A stretch of DNA of 64,000 nt, filler included, from Jimgerdemannia flammicorona (taxonomy: Eukaryota), in the NCBI GenBank assembly GCA_003990765.1. It is 3 parts of 3 records of this genome, joined end to end, with 100 filler letters (N's around TTAATTAATTAA, not from the genome) between each part and the next. Parts side by side here need not be neighbours in the genome. Positions count along the whole stretch, not along the records: positions 43,165 to 64,000 come from RBNJ01001581.1; 2 more parts are not named here. The stretch is one strand, 5' to 3'. Below are positions 61,572 to 64,000 of the stretch, piece by piece; within the stretch, counting starts at the first letter, position 1, and every line of letters begins with the position of its first letter. The translations under genes and the position numbers were made by a program. The notes under the pieces were generated by a model. The model did no database searches and was not told the DNA's origin. It saw only the letters and a list, made by a program, of their open reading frames with translations.

Positions 61572-62751
61572 GGACAGAGCGTAGAAACTAAGCGCAGACG
61601 AGGGTAACCCCATTCAGTTCGAATTCAGCCTATTTATTTCCCGGGTGTCATTGTTGCATCAAAACCTTGAGTTCAGTTGCCTCTCATTTCGGCGCCCTCA
61701 GATAAACATGTGTCCCCCCATCCAAAGAATCCATTGCAAATTCTGTGTTGGGGCTGCCCTCGAACCCTCAAGACAGGAGAGGGGGGACTTCCATTGGGAA
61801 AGCTTCAGGCCATCTGGTCAGATGTTCTACAAATACTAGAATATATTTGTGGTAGCGGTTTATTCATGGAATATTCCACTGATGAAGTGGGTTTGGTACT
61901 AATTTTCATTTTTCATTTTGGTTATGGAATTATGATTGTGTGGAACAATTACCCCATCACGCGTGCCTCTGGAGGATGGTTGTGTACCTCACTGACCTCA
62001 TCTGTGCCATCCGTGGTGGGTTCGTGCGACATGGGGGGTCGCGTTTGTGGCGCTGCGGTTTCGTAACTACGGGGCGTTTATGATGATCGTCTTTACTAAG
62101 CCAGCTAGTTAGGTGCGTCTGAGGCCGTGAAAGGGAGGATGGGGGTTTCGAGAGAAGGTAGGTTTACCTTGATGAGCAAATGATGTGTACAGTACGTAAA
62201 AACCCATGCATGCTTGGATCGGTCCATTCCCCAATACCACCTCGCACAGTAGTAGTGTTGTTCGTAAGCAAATCGTATGTGAATTGGTGAAACGCGCCCG
62301 ATGACGTCATGACGTCAAGTGACGTCAGGACAAGACAGTCACCTGGTGGGAGTCGAAGTGTAGGAGTGGAAGGAAAAGGACGGGAGGACGGGAGGACGGG
62401 AAAAAGAGGGAGGGGAGTGAGAGAAGGGGAGAGTGGATTGTGGGTTGTGGATTGTGGATTGTGAATGGGGTGTGGAGGGATGTGAATTGGCGAGAGGGAG
62501 AGATTTTCAGTTTCAATGGAGACGGACATGCATCATATTCCTTAAAATAGATTGAGTGGCTCCTTTGTAAGTCTCCACTTTGTTGACATGCCCACTTCCA
62601 CACCATACACCTCACTTCCACACTTTTAACCATCTAAACATTTCCTCGCCGTCTTTCTACAACCTCTTATCCTCGACGGTGTCTCCTGTTGTGTTCCTCG
62701 CCGTGTTGTGCGTACACACACCGACAAAATATCCAACACTCAACATTCACA

Positions 62752-64000
62752 ATGGTTGCAATACGCCGTAACCCATACACCCAACCGCCCTTCGCTGAGA
62801 CACTCGTCCACACGCGCATAGCCATTCGGCGCATATCCAAACCGCCCAAAACGCGTATCGATAAACATGTCCGAACAACGCATCCAAACCTTCGTTCCTC
62901 ATACCGATCCCGCAAGCTCCAACCCCAAGCCATAACCTCCACCCTCGCCCAATCCCGCGAGACTAGCCCCCGAATCACGCGTCCAACCCCGCTCCATCTG
63001 TCTCCAAACCCGCGCCGCGACTGCCTCGTCCAGTTCAACGCTCTCGTCACCCCGCTCGGCGTTCGCCCACTCAAGCTCAAATCCGTCCCAGAACCGCCTC
63101 CGCCGCCACGGCCACTTCCGCCGACGCCCACCCCCCGCATAGCCACAGACAATGGCTTCAAACTCTTGTCATCGCGGGCGAGCAAGACCCCCGCTCCCCG
63201 CGCACCCACAGACGATGGCTTCAAGCTCCTGCCAACGCGGCCGAGCAAGACCCCCCGTCCCGGGATGCGGCACAACTCGAGCTTCCTCAACTTCGCGTCG
63301 CTGGCCAAACCCACTTCTGGTGGGAGCGGGAAAGAGAATCTTGGGCTTCACAACGGCAGCATGACGGACCTGCTGAAGCTGCCCAAGAAGGGCACGGCGG
63401 ACCGCGAGACACGGGAAGCACAGAGGGAGAAAGAGAAGGAGGAGAGGCATACCGAGAAGCGTGAGAGAGACGCCGCTAAAGCCGCTAGAAAGGAGGAAAA
63501 AGAAAGGGGTCGCGCAGCTAGAGTTGCTGAGAAGAAGGATAGGAAGCATGCCGGCAAAGGAGTGGATAAAGAGAAGGATGGGGATGGGCAGCATAAGCAA
63601 CGCAAGTGGAGCAATATGCTGTTTGGGACAAAGGGCAACTTGGACGGAAAGAAGGGGGGTGGAGTGGTAGTGAAGAGACCAGGTATGTTAGACAGTTGGG
63701 GTGGGCTCGTGGTCGGACGTAAGGTGTGGAATATAGTCTGATCTTGTCACCTTTTCCTTGACGTCTCCTAAAAGGTGCGCCCAACGGTGCTATCTTTGGA
63801 GCCCCCCTAGACAGGTCCCTTCACTATGCCGGCATCGACCTACCCAATGGGCTGAGGATCCCGCTGGTTGTCGAGCGGTGTTGGCGCGAGATCGATTCTA
63901 GAGGTGACTATTCATTAAATTGATATGCGCGTATATATTTCATGCGCTAAAGATTCTTTGATTTCTTCCATTCGTATTTCCCCACTTATCCCTCCCCCCC
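62752..64000 (+). CDS. RhoGAP-domain protein, 5' part (continues past the window)
   Basis: Long Pro-rich and basic exon 1 to 63723, a short GT-AG intron, then exon 2 ..LRIPLVVERCWREIDSRG, the canonical start of a RhoGAP domain. Confidence 0.75.

Overview
Eukaryotic, intron-rich fungal genomic DNA. An early-diverging Mucoromycota-type fungus is inferred from the CYB5RL-like gene, HDHD2-like genes and a Glomeromycotina-style TKL kinase relic; this is not proven. Two scaffold gaps (21486-21585, 43065-43164) split the window. Positions 1-21485 are a CpG-depleted nest of dead transposons. A heavily mutated Ty1/copia relic was hit by a Ty3/gypsy element (gypsy-1, itself interrupted by a hAT-like terminus) and by a G-rich L1/Tx1-type LINE (LINE-A). 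A full-length gypsy (gypsy-2, 5857-20408, TSD CTAT) inserted into LINE-A, and a younger relative of the same LINE family (LINE-B) inserted into its RNase H. The most notable points: (i) the 1.5-kb LTRs of gypsy-2 each carry a ~275-aa ORF with its own TATA-like box, broken at different sites in the two LTRs, so an intact LTR-borne accessory gene can be reconstructed; (ii) both gypsy elements encode a dUTPase, at different positions (gag-DUT-PR versus PR-DUT-RT). Positions 21600-64000 are genic: a stand-alone voltage-sensor-like 4TM protein, HIS5, a secreted GH18 chitinase, a TKL kinase pseudogene, an intronless E2/F-box-like fusion protein with a repetitive R/D/Y tail, a tandem pair of HDHD2-like HAD hydrolases with a 5-nt micro-exon, a CYB5RL-like reductase, a GH3 pseudogene fragment, an F-box/Kelch protein, a conserved Pro-rich fungal protein and the start of a RhoGAP gene. 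All calls come from manual reading and translation; no database searches were run.
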